Source: Bacteroidota bacterium (GTDB lineage Bacteria; Bacteroidota; Bacteroidia; UKL13-3). From it: DNA of 64,000 nucleotides. The translations under genes and the position numbers were made by a program. The stretch spans positions 64,607 to 128,606 of the forward strand of contig JAZKEF010000002.1 in NCBI GenBank assembly GCA_040387195.1, in the 5' to 3' direction. The notes below the pieces were generated by a model. The model searched no databases, was not told the origin of the DNA, and saw nothing but the letters and a program-made list of their open reading frames with translations. Shown here in pieces: positions 37,389 through 46,102 of the stretch (position 1 is the stretch's first letter; every line of letters starts with the position of its first letter).

Positions 37389-40300
37389 TTGTTAAGTAAC
37401 TCTCGAAACACATACATATCATTTTCAGCAGTTGTAGCTATCCTTTTATCGGTGGCCTGGGTGGCTAGTGCCGAAAAACCGGCAGAAAAGGGGACTGCCA
37501 GACTGCGTAGAAAAATGTGGGGATTCGCCCCACCCGACTCTGCTTTAGGCGATACTCCCCGTATTCAATTGCCTTACCCTATTAAGGATCGTAAACCTTA
37601 CGAACGCACTACTTCCAAAAATCCGTTCGACTTGGGAGAACCTTCCAATATTAAAAACCGGTACGACCTCGATCCGGAAACGAATACCTATAATTACTCA
37701 TCAAAAGTTGGCGGACAGGAATACCGTTTGCCGGCTTCGGTTTCTATTAAGGAACAATTGAAGGAGGAGAATAAGCAACAAAATAAAAACTATTTCAGAC
37801 AACGCTCACAGGCTAACAACTTTGTTAGTGGAAGCGGAATCATTCCTCCGTTAAGGGTTGGACCGAAAATTTTTGAAAAAATATTTGGTAGCGGAATCAT
37901 TGATATCAGGCCACGTGGTACTGCCGAACTTATTTTCTCGGGTAACTTTAATACGGTGCGGAATCCGGCATTTGCTCCGCAACAGCAAACCACCGGACAA
38001 TTCGACTTTAAACAAAAAATTCAGCTGAACGTGCAGGGTAGCATTGGCGACCGCATGAAGGTGAACATCAATTACGACACGGAAGCAACTTTCGACTTTG
38101 AAAACCAGGTGAAGTTAGATTATACCGGAAAGGAAGATGATATCATCAAAAAGATTGAGCTGGGAAATGTGAGTCTGCCGCTCAACTCTTCACTCATTCA
38201 GGGTAGCCAGAGTTTGTTCGGTGTTAAAACCGTACTTCAGTTCGGAAAACTAACGGTTACAACCATTATTACGCAGCAACGCGGTAAAACAACAGAAACA
38301 GAGATTTCGGGTGGTGCCCAAACCACCAAATTTGATATCCAGGCTGATGGATATGATATGAATCGTCACTATTTCTTATCGCAACACTTCCGCGATAATT
38401 ATGATGCATGGCTTGCCAACCTGCCTATTATCGGGTCACCGGTTATCATCAACCGTATTGAGGTTTGGGTAACCAACCGTACCGGTTCTTTTGACGGATC
38501 AAGGGATGTAGTGGGATTTGCCGATTTGGGAGAATCTGACAAACGAGCCAACACCAAATGGGTGGTTAGCAATCCGAATGATGTGGTACCAAACAATGCT
38601 ACCAATAGTTTGTATGCATACTTAAATGGAGAAACTCCAACCAACTCCAATAAAGCAGGTTTACGCTCCGCCCTGCAAATTCAAAATGAATTGCAAAAAG
38701 ATCAGCCGCAAACATCACTCGAACCTATTTCGCAATACCAGGCTATCAGTTATGCCCGATTGTTATCGCCAACCGAATATACCATTAATCCACGTTTAGG
38801 ATATATCTCCTTAAATCAGGCACTCAATAATGATGATGTATTATGTGTGGCCTACGAATATTCATACAACGGCCGACCGGTTAAAGTAGGAGAGCTCACC
38901 ACTGATGTTCCTCAAAATCCAACGGTACCTGCCATCCTGTTCACCAAAATGTTGAAAGGCCCTTCATTACGTCCCGACCTGCCGATATGGGATCTGATGA
39001 TGAAAAATATTTATTCGCTGGGAACTTTCCAACTGCAGCAAAAAGATTTTAAGTTAAACATTGTGTACGCAGATGATCCATCGGGTGCTGATTTGAATTA
39101 TTTGCCGGTACAAAACGAACCGCAATTCACCGGGCTTCCTTTGGTGCGTGTATTCAACCTTGATAACTTAAACACCCAGCAGGAAAAAGCTCCCGATGGA
39201 AACTTCGACTTTATTGAAGGTGTTACGGTAAACTCCCAGCAAGGCCGCATCATCTTCCCGATGATTGAACCATTCGGAACATACTTATCCAAAAAATTCA
39301 TAAACGACCCTTCGCGGGCACGGTATTATTCATTCTTTGAACTGTATGACTCCACGCGTTTTGCCGCAGTGCAATTACCGCAGTACAATAAATTTTTCCT
39401 GCGCGGAACCTACTCCGGAAATTCCAGCTCCGAAATTTCACTCGGACAAAGTAATATCCCGAAAGGCTCCGTAAGGGTTACAGCTAATGGCGCACCTCTT
39501 ACCGAGAACCAGGATTTTACCGTTGATTATCCATCTGGCCGTGTCAAAATCATCAATACCGGCTTGCTCAATTCGGGTGCTGTTATCAAGGTTTCATCGG
39601 AGAGCAATTCACTGTTTAGTGTGCAGCAAAAAACATTGCTGGGTTCGCGTTTTGATTATAAGGTGAGCAATGACCTCTTGTTTGGTGGTACCATTTTATA
39701 CCTGAATGAACGTCCGCTCACACCCAAAGTAAATATTGGGGAAGAGCCCATCAGCAATATGATGATTGGGTTTGACGGAACCTACCGAAGGGAGTCACGT
39801 TTCCTCACCAAGCTTGTTGACCGCCTTCCGTTTATTGAAACAAAAGAACCTTCGCAAGTAACATTCCAGGGTGAATATGCACAACTGATTCCGGGAGTGC
39901 AAAGCGCACTGGCCAATAACGGAACGGCTTATCTTGATGACTTTGAAGGCAGCGAAACTCCTTTTGACCTGCGTTTGGGTAATAACTGGTTCTTGGCTTC
40001 CACGCCACAAGCACAGCTGGATAAATTTCCCGAAACATCATTAACCAACAAACTGGATTACGGATTTAAACGCGCCAACCTTGCCTGGTATACCATTGCC
40101 ACTACATTCTATTTAAACAACGCACAAACACCAACCCATATCCAGAATGATGATGCACAATTGTCGGATCACAGGGTACGTCAGGTTGGTATCAATGAAA
40201 TTTATCCGAGTCGCCAGGTTCAAAGCGGTCAACCTACCAATTTGCCAACTTTCGACTTAGCTTTTTACCCTAAAGAACGCGGTCCGTATAATTATACCAT

Positions 40301-43300
40301 TACAGGACTTAATCCTGACGGAACCTTGCAAAATCCAACCCAAAACTGGGGTGGTATTATGCGCAAGATTGAACAAAACGATTTTGAAGCATCCAATATT
40401 GATTACATCGAAATATGGATGCAGGATCCATACCTCAGCAATCCGAATCCGGGAAATAAAGGAGAATTGTACATCAACTTAGGAAATATTTCCGAAGACA
40501 TTTTGCGCGATAACAGGCGTGCTGCCGAAAACGGTTTACCTCGTACCACCGATCCTGCAGTAGAACAATACACCGATACCACAGCCTGGGGAAGAGTACC
40601 CCGCCAGCCGGTGGTGAACTTTGCCTTTGATGCCGATGCTACCGCGCGCGAATTGCAGGATGTAGGACTCGATGGTTTTAATGATGATGCCGAGCGTGTA
40701 TTTTTCGACTCTGTGTACCTGCAAAAACTTTCCACTGCATTTGGTGTAAGTTCACCTGCATATCAAAATGCATTTGCCGATCCGTCTTTCGACAACTATC
40801 ACTATTACTTGGGAACTGCAGATTATGACCCCGCACAGTTGAGTATCCTGGATCGTTATAAAAAATACAATAAACACCAAGGCAACTCTCCCACCCAATC
40901 TCAAACCACCGAATCGTTTGCAACATCAGCAACCAATATTCCGGATAATGAAGATATCAACCGCGACTATACCTTAAATGATATGGAGGAATATTATCAG
41001 TACAAGATTGATATTGATAAATCGCGTTTGGTTGTGGGACAAAATTATGTGACAGATAGTATTGTGACGCCCGATGTTACCCTAAAAAATGGGAAGAAAG
41101 AAGCCGTAACCTGGTACCAGTTAAAAGTACCTGTACGCGAATTTGAAAAACGTGTTGGACAGATTCTCGATTTTAAATCCATTCGTTTTGTGCGTTTGTA
41201 CATGCGTGGGTTCGAAAACGAACAGGTACTTCGTTTTGGTGCATTCCAGCTGGTGCGTGCCGATTGGCGTAAGTACCTGGGCAACCTTGAAGCCGGAAAA
41301 GAAGCGAAACCGGGCGACCCTGAAGATGATACACGCTTTGTGGTATCAACTGTAAACATTGAAAAAAACAAGTTCCGTACCCCGCTTCCGTATGCAGTTC
41401 CACCGGGCATCCAACGTGAGATCGATTTCAGTTCACCACAAGCCGTGCAGCAAAACGAACAATCACTCTCTGTGTTAGTATGTAATTTAAAGGATGGTGA
41501 TGCACGCGGTGTATTTAAAAATATTAAAACAGACTTACGCCAATACGGAAAGTTGCGCATGTTTATTCATGCCGAAGGAGATCAGACAACCAACAATGGT
41601 GATGTTACGGCATTTATCCGTTTGGGAACCGACCTTACCAATAACTATTATGAGTTTGAAATTCCATTAACCATGACCCGCCCCGGGCAGGCTACTCCTG
41701 AGCAGATCTGGCCTTCGGAAAATGAAATGGTGATTGAGCTGGAAGAATTCATCAACACCAAAATTGCACGTACCAATGCCAACCATCCGTTTACTGCACC
41801 TTACTACCGCCAGTCGGGCAGGTTTAAATATACGGTAATTGGTTTGCCCGATCTGAGCAATGTGCGGGTAGCCATGTTGGGTATTCGCAACCCGAGAGCC
41901 ATTCCGGGAGCCATTGATGACGGATTGCCAAAATGTACCGAAGTATGGTTTAATGAATTGCGCATGACCGAGTTTAACCAGCGTGGCGGTTGGGCTGCCA
42001 ATGGTTTGATACAAGCCAAACTTGCCGACTTTGCCAATGTGCGTTTATCGGGTAGTGTATCCACTGTTGGATTTGGTGGCATCGATAAAAAACTGAGTGA
42101 ACGTAATTTTGACGACAATTACCAATACGATTTACAAAGCAGTTTTGAGTTGGGTAAATTCTTCCCGAAAAAAACCGGAATCTCCGTTCCAATGTTTGTT
42201 TCGTACGGTAATATTTTAATTCGCCCTTATTACAATCCGCTAAACCCCGATACAAAGTTGCAAAAAGAGATTGACGAAACAACAGACCCTGCACGCCAGG
42301 AGAAAATCAAACAATCATCGGATGATTACACCGCCAAACGAAGTCTGAATTTTACGAATGTGCGGAAGACCAAAATGGGCGCAAACCCCAAGAACCATTT
42401 TTATGATATAGAGAACTTTTCGTTTACCTACTCCTTTAACGAAACATACAGGCGCAACCAAACTATGGAGTATTACCTGCAGCAAAACTACAAAACCATG
42501 ACTGCGTACACGTATAATTTTAATCCGAAACCATGGGAACCTTTCGGCACAATCATTAAATCAAAACAACTGGCGCTCATCAAAGACTTTAACCTCTTTT
42601 TTAAACCACAGTCGTGGGGATTACGGTTGGAGACTGACAGAAGATATGGCAAGACCGTAAACCGGAGCAATGATAACTTTGCCATCAAGCAGGAAGATCT
42701 TTACGATAAAATGTATACCATGACCCGTTATTATGAGTTCAGGTACGATCTATCAAAAGGATTAAAGTTTGATTACAATGCTACGGCACTGGCACGTATT
42801 GATGAGCCTCTTGGAAATATTGACGAGAACACACCGGAGAAAAAAGATTCGATCTGGGATAATTTCTTAAAAGGTGGAAGGCTGATGCAATTTGATCAGA
42901 CCAGCCGGATGAACTACAATATTCCGATCAATAAAATTCAACCACTCAGCTGGATTACCCCAACCTATACCTACACCGCTACCTACCAGTGGAAACAAGC
43001 ACCTCCGGCTGCCGACAGTTTGGGTAACACTGTATCCAACTCACGTGCACAAGCCTGGAATGCAAGTTTCAACTTTACCATGTTGTACAACAAAATTCCT
43101 TTCCTGCGTAATATTATTAACCCGAATCAGACAGCAAGAAAACCTGCTCCTAAAAAAGAAGACCCTAAAAATGTTAAAAAGGGTAAAGATGGTAAGCCTT
43201 TGAAAAAAGAGGAAGAGGAAAAAGCTCCGGCAAAAACTCCACCTGTGTTGGCCTATACTATGAAGGTGCTGATGAGTTTGAAAAATGCATCCGTTTCTTA

Positions 43301-44600
43301 TACCCAAACAGAAGGAACATTATTACCGGGTTTCAAACCAACACCGCAGTACATTGGGCAGGATTTTGATTCGGACGGACCCGGAATCGACTTCATTCTT
43401 GGAGCGCAGGATCCCGACTTCCGTAACCGTGCCGCACGCAACGGATGGGTGAGTAGAGACACCCGCATTACCAATTTTTATACCACCAATTACCAGGAAA
43501 ACTTAACCGGCCGGGCAACCTTTGAACCCATCACAGATTTGCGGATTGATGTCAATATTGCCCGTACACAAACCATGAACTCATCTGTATTGTTCAGGTA
43601 TGATGATACAACCCAAACGTTTAAAGATATTAACCAACCTTCGGTAACCGGAACCTATTCGATAACGTATAATACCTGGTCGAGCACCTTCTCCAAAGAA
43701 GGAAGCAATGGCAATACCGAGGTGTTTGAAACCTTCATGCAAAACCGTGAAATAATCGCAGCACGATTGGCAGCCAATAGCAACCAACCCGGACAGGGCA
43801 CCGATAGTTTAGGTTTCCCGGTAGGGTACAGCCGCACCTCACAGGATGTATTGATACCGGCATTTTTAGCAGCATACGGAGGTACCGATCCTAACAGCAT
43901 CAGCCTGTCGGCATTCCCACGTATTCCGGATGCCAACTGGAAAATTACCTACAACGGATTGTCAAAACTGGAAGCCATTAAAGAATATGCCAGCAATATT
44001 ACTTTCAACCATCAGTATACATCAACTTATAACGTTGGGTCATTCCAAACCATCTTAACCGATACCGGTACCAATAAAGTAACAGGAGATTATACTCCGC
44101 AATACCAGATCCGGCAGATTTCCATCACCGAACGTTTTGGTCCGTTCCTGGGTATTGATATTACATTCGTCAATAATATTACTGCACGTGTGGAATACAA
44201 ACGCGACCGCACACTCAACTTTAACTTAACCAACGGACAGCTGAATGAACAAACCGGAGAAGAATGGGCTATAGCTGCAGGATACCGTACCACTAAGCTG
44301 ACCATCCCATTCATTCGCAGCAATGGCCGCCAACTGGTATTGGAAAGTGATATCAACTTTAAACTTGATTTTGGAATCAGAGATAACGTAACAAAAATCC
44401 GTAACCTCGACCGTACCTCCAATGATCCGGTACAAGGCCAGCGTGTATATACCCTGCGCCCTACAATTGATTACATGATCAGCCAGCAGTTGATGTTGCG
44501 CATTTTCTACGACTTCAGACGCACCGACCCGAAAACATCCAACTCATTCCCTACCATTATACAGAGTGGAGGATTCTCGTTAAGGTATACCATTCAGTAG
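37389..44600 (+). CDS. sprA: Type IX secretion system outer-membrane translocon SprA (Sov)
   Basis: 2403 aa; YDTEATFDFEN, GNVSLPL, INRIEVWVTN, WFNELR, GGWAA; ruvA-sprA adjacency. Confidence 0.96.
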   Translation: MLSNSRNTYISFSAVVAILLSVAWVASAEKPAEKGTARLRRKMWGFAPPDSALGDTPRIQLPYPIKDRKPYERTTSKNPFDLGEPSNIKNRYDLDPETNTYNYSSKVGGQEYRLPASVSIKEQLKEENKQQNKNYFRQRSQANNFVSGSGIIPPLRVGPKIFEKIFGSGIIDIRPRGTAELIFSGNFNTVRNPAFAPQQQTTGQFDFKQKIQLNVQGSIGDRMKVNINYDTEATFDFENQVKLDYTGKEDDIIKKIELGNVSLPLNSSLIQGSQSLFGVKTVLQFGKLTVTTIITQQRGKTTETEISGGAQTTKFDIQADGYDMNRHYFLSQHFRDNYDAWLANLPIIGSPVIINRIEVWVTNRTGSFDGSRDVVGFADLGESDKRANTKWVVSNPNDVVPNNATNSLYAYLNGETPTNSNKAGLRSALQIQNELQKDQPQTSLEPISQYQAISYARLLSPTEYTINPRLGYISLNQALNNDDVLCVAYEYSYNGRPVKVGELTTDVPQNPTVPAILFTKMLKGPSLRPDLPIWDLMMKNIYSLGTFQLQQKDFKLNIVYADDPSGADLNYLPVQNEPQFTGLPLVRVFNLDNLNTQQEKAPDGNFDFIEGVTVNSQQGRIIFPMIEPFGTYLSKKFINDPSRARYYSFFELYDSTRFAAVQLPQYNKFFLRGTYSGNSSSEISLGQSNIPKGSVRVTANGAPLTENQDFTVDYPSGRVKIINTGLLNSGAVIKVSSESNSLFSVQQKTLLGSRFDYKVSNDLLFGGTILYLNERPLTPKVNIGEEPISNMMIGFDGTYRRESRFLTKLVDRLPFIETKEPSQVTFQGEYAQLIPGVQSALANNGTAYLDDFEGSETPFDLRLGNNWFLASTPQAQLDKFPETSLTNKLDYGFKRANLAWYTIATTFYLNNAQTPTHIQNDDAQLSDHRVRQVGINEIYPSRQVQSGQPTNLPTFDLAFYPKERGPYNYTITGLNPDGTLQNPTQNWGGIMRKIEQNDFEASNIDYIEIWMQDPYLSNPNPGNKGELYINLGNISEDILRDNRRAAENGLPRTTDPAVEQYTDTTAWGRVPRQPVVNFAFDADATARELQDVGLDGFNDDAERVFFDSVYLQKLSTAFGVSSPAYQNAFADPSFDNYHYYLGTADYDPAQLSILDRYKKYNKHQGNSPTQSQTTESFATSATNIPDNEDINRDYTLNDMEEYYQYKIDIDKSRLVVGQNYVTDSIVTPDVTLKNGKKEAVTWYQLKVPVREFEKRVGQILDFKSIRFVRLYMRGFENEQVLRFGAFQLVRADWRKYLGNLEAGKEAKPGDPEDDTRFVVSTVNIEKNKFRTPLPYAVPPGIQREIDFSSPQAVQQNEQSLSVLVCNLKDGDARGVFKNIKTDLRQYGKLRMFIHAEGDQTTNNGDVTAFIRLGTDLTNNYYEFEIPLTMTRPGQATPEQIWPSENEMVIELEEFINTKIARTNANHPFTAPYYRQSGRFKYTVIGLPDLSNVRVAMLGIRNPRAIPGAIDDGLPKCTEVWFNELRMTEFNQRGGWAANGLIQAKLADFANVRLSGSVSTVGFGGIDKKLSERNFDDNYQYDLQSSFELGKFFPKKTGISVPMFVSYGNILIRPYYNPLNPDTKLQKEIDETTDPARQEKIKQSSDDYTAKRSLNFTNVRKTKMGANPKNHFYDIENFSFTYSFNETYRRNQTMEYYLQQNYKTMTAYTYNFNPKPWEPFGTIIKSKQLALIKDFNLFFKPQSWGLRLETDRRYGKTVNRSNDNFAIKQEDLYDKMYTMTRYYEFRYDLSKGLKFDYNATALARIDEPLGNIDENTPEKKDSIWDNFLKGGRLMQFDQTSRMNYNIPINKIQPLSWITPTYTYTATYQWKQAPPAADSLGNTVSNSRAQAWNASFNFTMLYNKIPFLRNIINPNQTARKPAPKKEDPKNVKKGKDGKPLKKEEEEKAPAKTPPVLAYTMKVLMSLKNASVSYTQTEGTLLPGFKPTPQYIGQDFDSDGPGIDFILGAQDPDFRNRAARNGWVSRDTRITNFYTTNYQENLTGRATFEPITDLRIDVNIARTQTMNSSVLFRYDDTTQTFKDINQPSVTGTYSITYNTWSSTFSKEGSNGNTEVFETFMQNREIIAARLAANSNQPGQGTDSLGFPVGYSRTSQDVLIPAFLAAYGGTDPNSISLSAFPRIPDANWKITYNGLSKLEAIKEYASNITFNHQYTSTYNVGSFQTILTDTGTNKVTGDYTPQYQIRQISITERFGPFLGIDITFVNNITARVEYKRDRTLNFNLTNGQLNEQTGEEWAIAAGYRTTKLTIPFIRSNGRQLVLESDINFKLDFGIRDNVTKIRNLDRTSNDPVQGQRVYTLRPTIDYMISQQLMLRIFYDFRRTDPKTSNSFPTIIQSGGFSLRYTIQ

Positions 44601-44659
44601 CTTCGGCCTTCCAGGACAAAGCTTTCGCACGCTCAGCTACCTGACCTAATACTAAAAAA

Positions 44660-45301
44660 TTAGTCGTGAAGTTTTTTCCAGGAAGAGATGATCTGTTTGA
44701 TATTGGAGAGCATTTCCTGATCCAGCGGATGCACTGCATGTAAGGTATGGATTCCTACCGATGCCGCTCCCCGCACATTGGCAAGGCTATCATCAATGAA
44801 CAAACATTCCTGGGGGTATTTTTGAATGTCTTTCAATACATACTCATATATATCTTTATTGGGTTTGCGCAACCCAATCTCATACGACAAATATTGCTTA
44901 TCAAACAGGTTGTCCCAACGCTCCAATCCGAATAATTTATCTATATATGCCCTCACAGCGTCAATATGGATACTGTTGGTATTGCTTAGCAAATAAATGC
45001 GGAACTGCTTGCGCAGGCCCTCCAGAATAGTAAAACGTGATTCATAGGTATCCAGCAACATCGCGTTCCATGCGTCATCTATTTCCGCATCGGTAATTTC
45101 TCCTTTAAATAGAGACTTAATGCCTTGCCGGAAATCGGCTGCCGAAATTTTTCCTGTTTCAAAATCATGAAATATAGGTGATGCCTCGTTCACATCATCC
45201 AAATCAAGCCCTTTCCTGCTAAATGCCCTAAGGGTTTTCCCCTGATCCAAATCCAGCAGCACACCACCAAGGTCAAAAATTATTGTCGAAATTTTATGCA
45301 T
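44660..45301 (-). CDS. HAD-family phosphatase (YihX-like)
   Basis: IIFDLGGVL, LLSNTN, LRKP, FIDDSLANV; start at MHKISTII. Confidence 0.9.
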   Translation of the reverse strand: MHKISTIIFDLGGVLLDLDQGKTLRAFSRKGLDLDDVNEASPIFHDFETGKISAADFRQGIKSLFKGEITDAEIDDAWNAMLLDTYESRFTILEGLRKQFRIYLLSNTNSIHIDAVRAYIDKLFGLERWDNLFDKQYLSYEIGLRKPNKDIYEYVLKDIQKYPQECLFIDDSLANVRGAASVGIHTLHAVHPLDQEMLSNIKQIISSWKKLHD

Positions 45302-45306
45302 GTATG

Positions 45307-45338
45307 TTTGTATAACAAGCCGCAAAAATATATGTTTG
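45307..45338 (+). promoter_or_regulatory. tRNA promoter overlapping divergent HAD promoter
   Basis: TTTG(45307)-N20-TATGTTTG(45331); TATTTTTG on minus strand at 45330-45323. Confidence 0.65.
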
Positions 45339-45400
45339 CCACCCTAATAAGGTAAAGCAATTGCATTGTTTTACGTTGGAAAACTTTGGAGCAATCCAAG

Positions 45401-45474
45401 GGGCCTATAGCTCAGTCGGTTAGAGCATCTGACTCATAATCAGGGGGTGCTTGGTTCGATCCCAAGTGGGCCCA
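45401..45474 (+). tRNA. tRNA with CAT anticodon, most likely tRNA-Ile2 (lysidine)
   Basis: Acceptor GGGCCTA/TGGGCCC-A, D arm GCTCAGTCGGTTAGAGC, loop CTCATAA, T arm CTTGG-TTCGATC-CCAAG; no encoded CCA. Confidence 0.92.
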
Positions 45475-45482
45475 CAAATAGA

Positions 45483-45517
45483 AAAGCCATTCATCAGTTG
45501 ACGAATGGCTTTCTTTT
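45483..45517 (+). terminator. Terminator-like hairpin after tRNA
   Basis: aaagccattc-N10-gaatggcttt followed by ctttt. Confidence 0.7.
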
Positions 45518-45522
45518 AACCT

Positions 45523-45818
45523 ATGAATATCTGTTATATACTTTATAGCCCCAAACTCAATCGTTATTATACCGGTGCCTCTCATGAGGGAATCGAACAA
45601 CGATCAGTTAAACACAATGCTCAGTTTTACGGTAATACTCATTTTTCAGCAATTACTAATGACTGGAAAGTATTTCTCATCATTGAGTGTGCCGATTATC
45701 TCATGCTATCAGAGTTGAGAGGCATATTAAAAAAATGAAGAGTTCAACCTATATCCGAAATTTGAAAAAGTATCCGGAGTTAATTCAAAAAACCCTTGAC
45801 AATACGAAAAACACCTGA
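45523..45818 (+). pseudogene. GIY-YIG nuclease with a 1-nt frameshift near 45699
   Basis: CYILYS...YYTGAS...R..KHN; -1 frame continues SHAIRVERHIKKMKSSTYIRNLKKYPEL to TGA 45816-45818. Confidence 0.85.
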
Positions 45819-45876
45819 CTCTCCCGATAACCATCGGGACAGGGGGTGCTTGGTTCGATCCCAAGTGGGCCCACAA
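45815..45876 (+). repeat. Duplicated tRNA 3' half with palindrome in place of the anticodon loop
   Basis: 45840-45876 identical (37 bp) to 45441-45477; ctgactc also shared; ataat replaced by tcccgataaccatcggga. Confidence 0.92.
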
Positions 45877-45880
45877 GCAA

Positions 45881-45915
45881 AGAGGCTGCCTCCAAAAGGC
45901 GGTTTCTTCTTTTTT
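45881..45915 (+). terminator. Terminator-like hairpin after tRNA fragment
   Basis: gaggctgcct-ccaaa-aggcggtttc then ttcttttttt. Confidence 0.55.
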
Positions 45916-46025
45916 ACCTATAAATACAACCCCAAAATCGACGCTTTTATACAGGTGCTTCCCATGAAGAAATGGAACAACGGTTGGCAAAACACAATTC
46001 TTATCATTACAAGAAACTAGGGTAG
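45916..46025 (+). pseudogene. Second GIY-YIG nuclease relic
   Basis: YNPKID/(1-nt deletion)/FYTGASHEEMEQRLAKHNSYHY aligns with copy 1 YSPKLNRYYTGASHEGIEQRSVKHNAQFY; no start, early stop. Confidence 0.8.
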
Positions 46026-46102
46026 GATATATTTCCGCGAGCGAATCCTTTTCTTTGGTAATGAGGCTCATTATCATAAATTTGCCCTATTATCACTACT
46101 CT

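Noticed and set aside
43120-43245. Lys/Pro/Glu-rich stretch in SprA as a foreign insertion or intein
   Set aside because: Short in-frame low-complexity loop with no intein or repeat boundaries.
45401-45474. Initiator or elongator tRNA-Met assignment
   Set aside because: The G1-C72 pair and lack of three consecutive G-C anticodon-stem pairs exclude the initiator; the overall sequence resembles Ile2 more than elongator Met, though this needs tRNAscan-SE confirmation.
45729-45738. A7 run before the GIY-YIG premature stop as a programmed -1 frameshift site
   Set aside because: Slipping here restores the tail but skips AIRVERHI with the conserved Glu; the lesion is about 30 nt earlier.
45441-45876. 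37-bp direct repeat as a CRISPR array
   Set aside because: Only two copies 399 bp apart, the sequence is tRNA-derived, and there are no cas genes.
45412-46077. ORFs 45412-45600(-), 45727-46077(-) and 45796-46020(+)
   Set aside because: They read through tRNA sequence (WAHLGSNQ is antisense tRNA) or mix frames of the nuclease relic.
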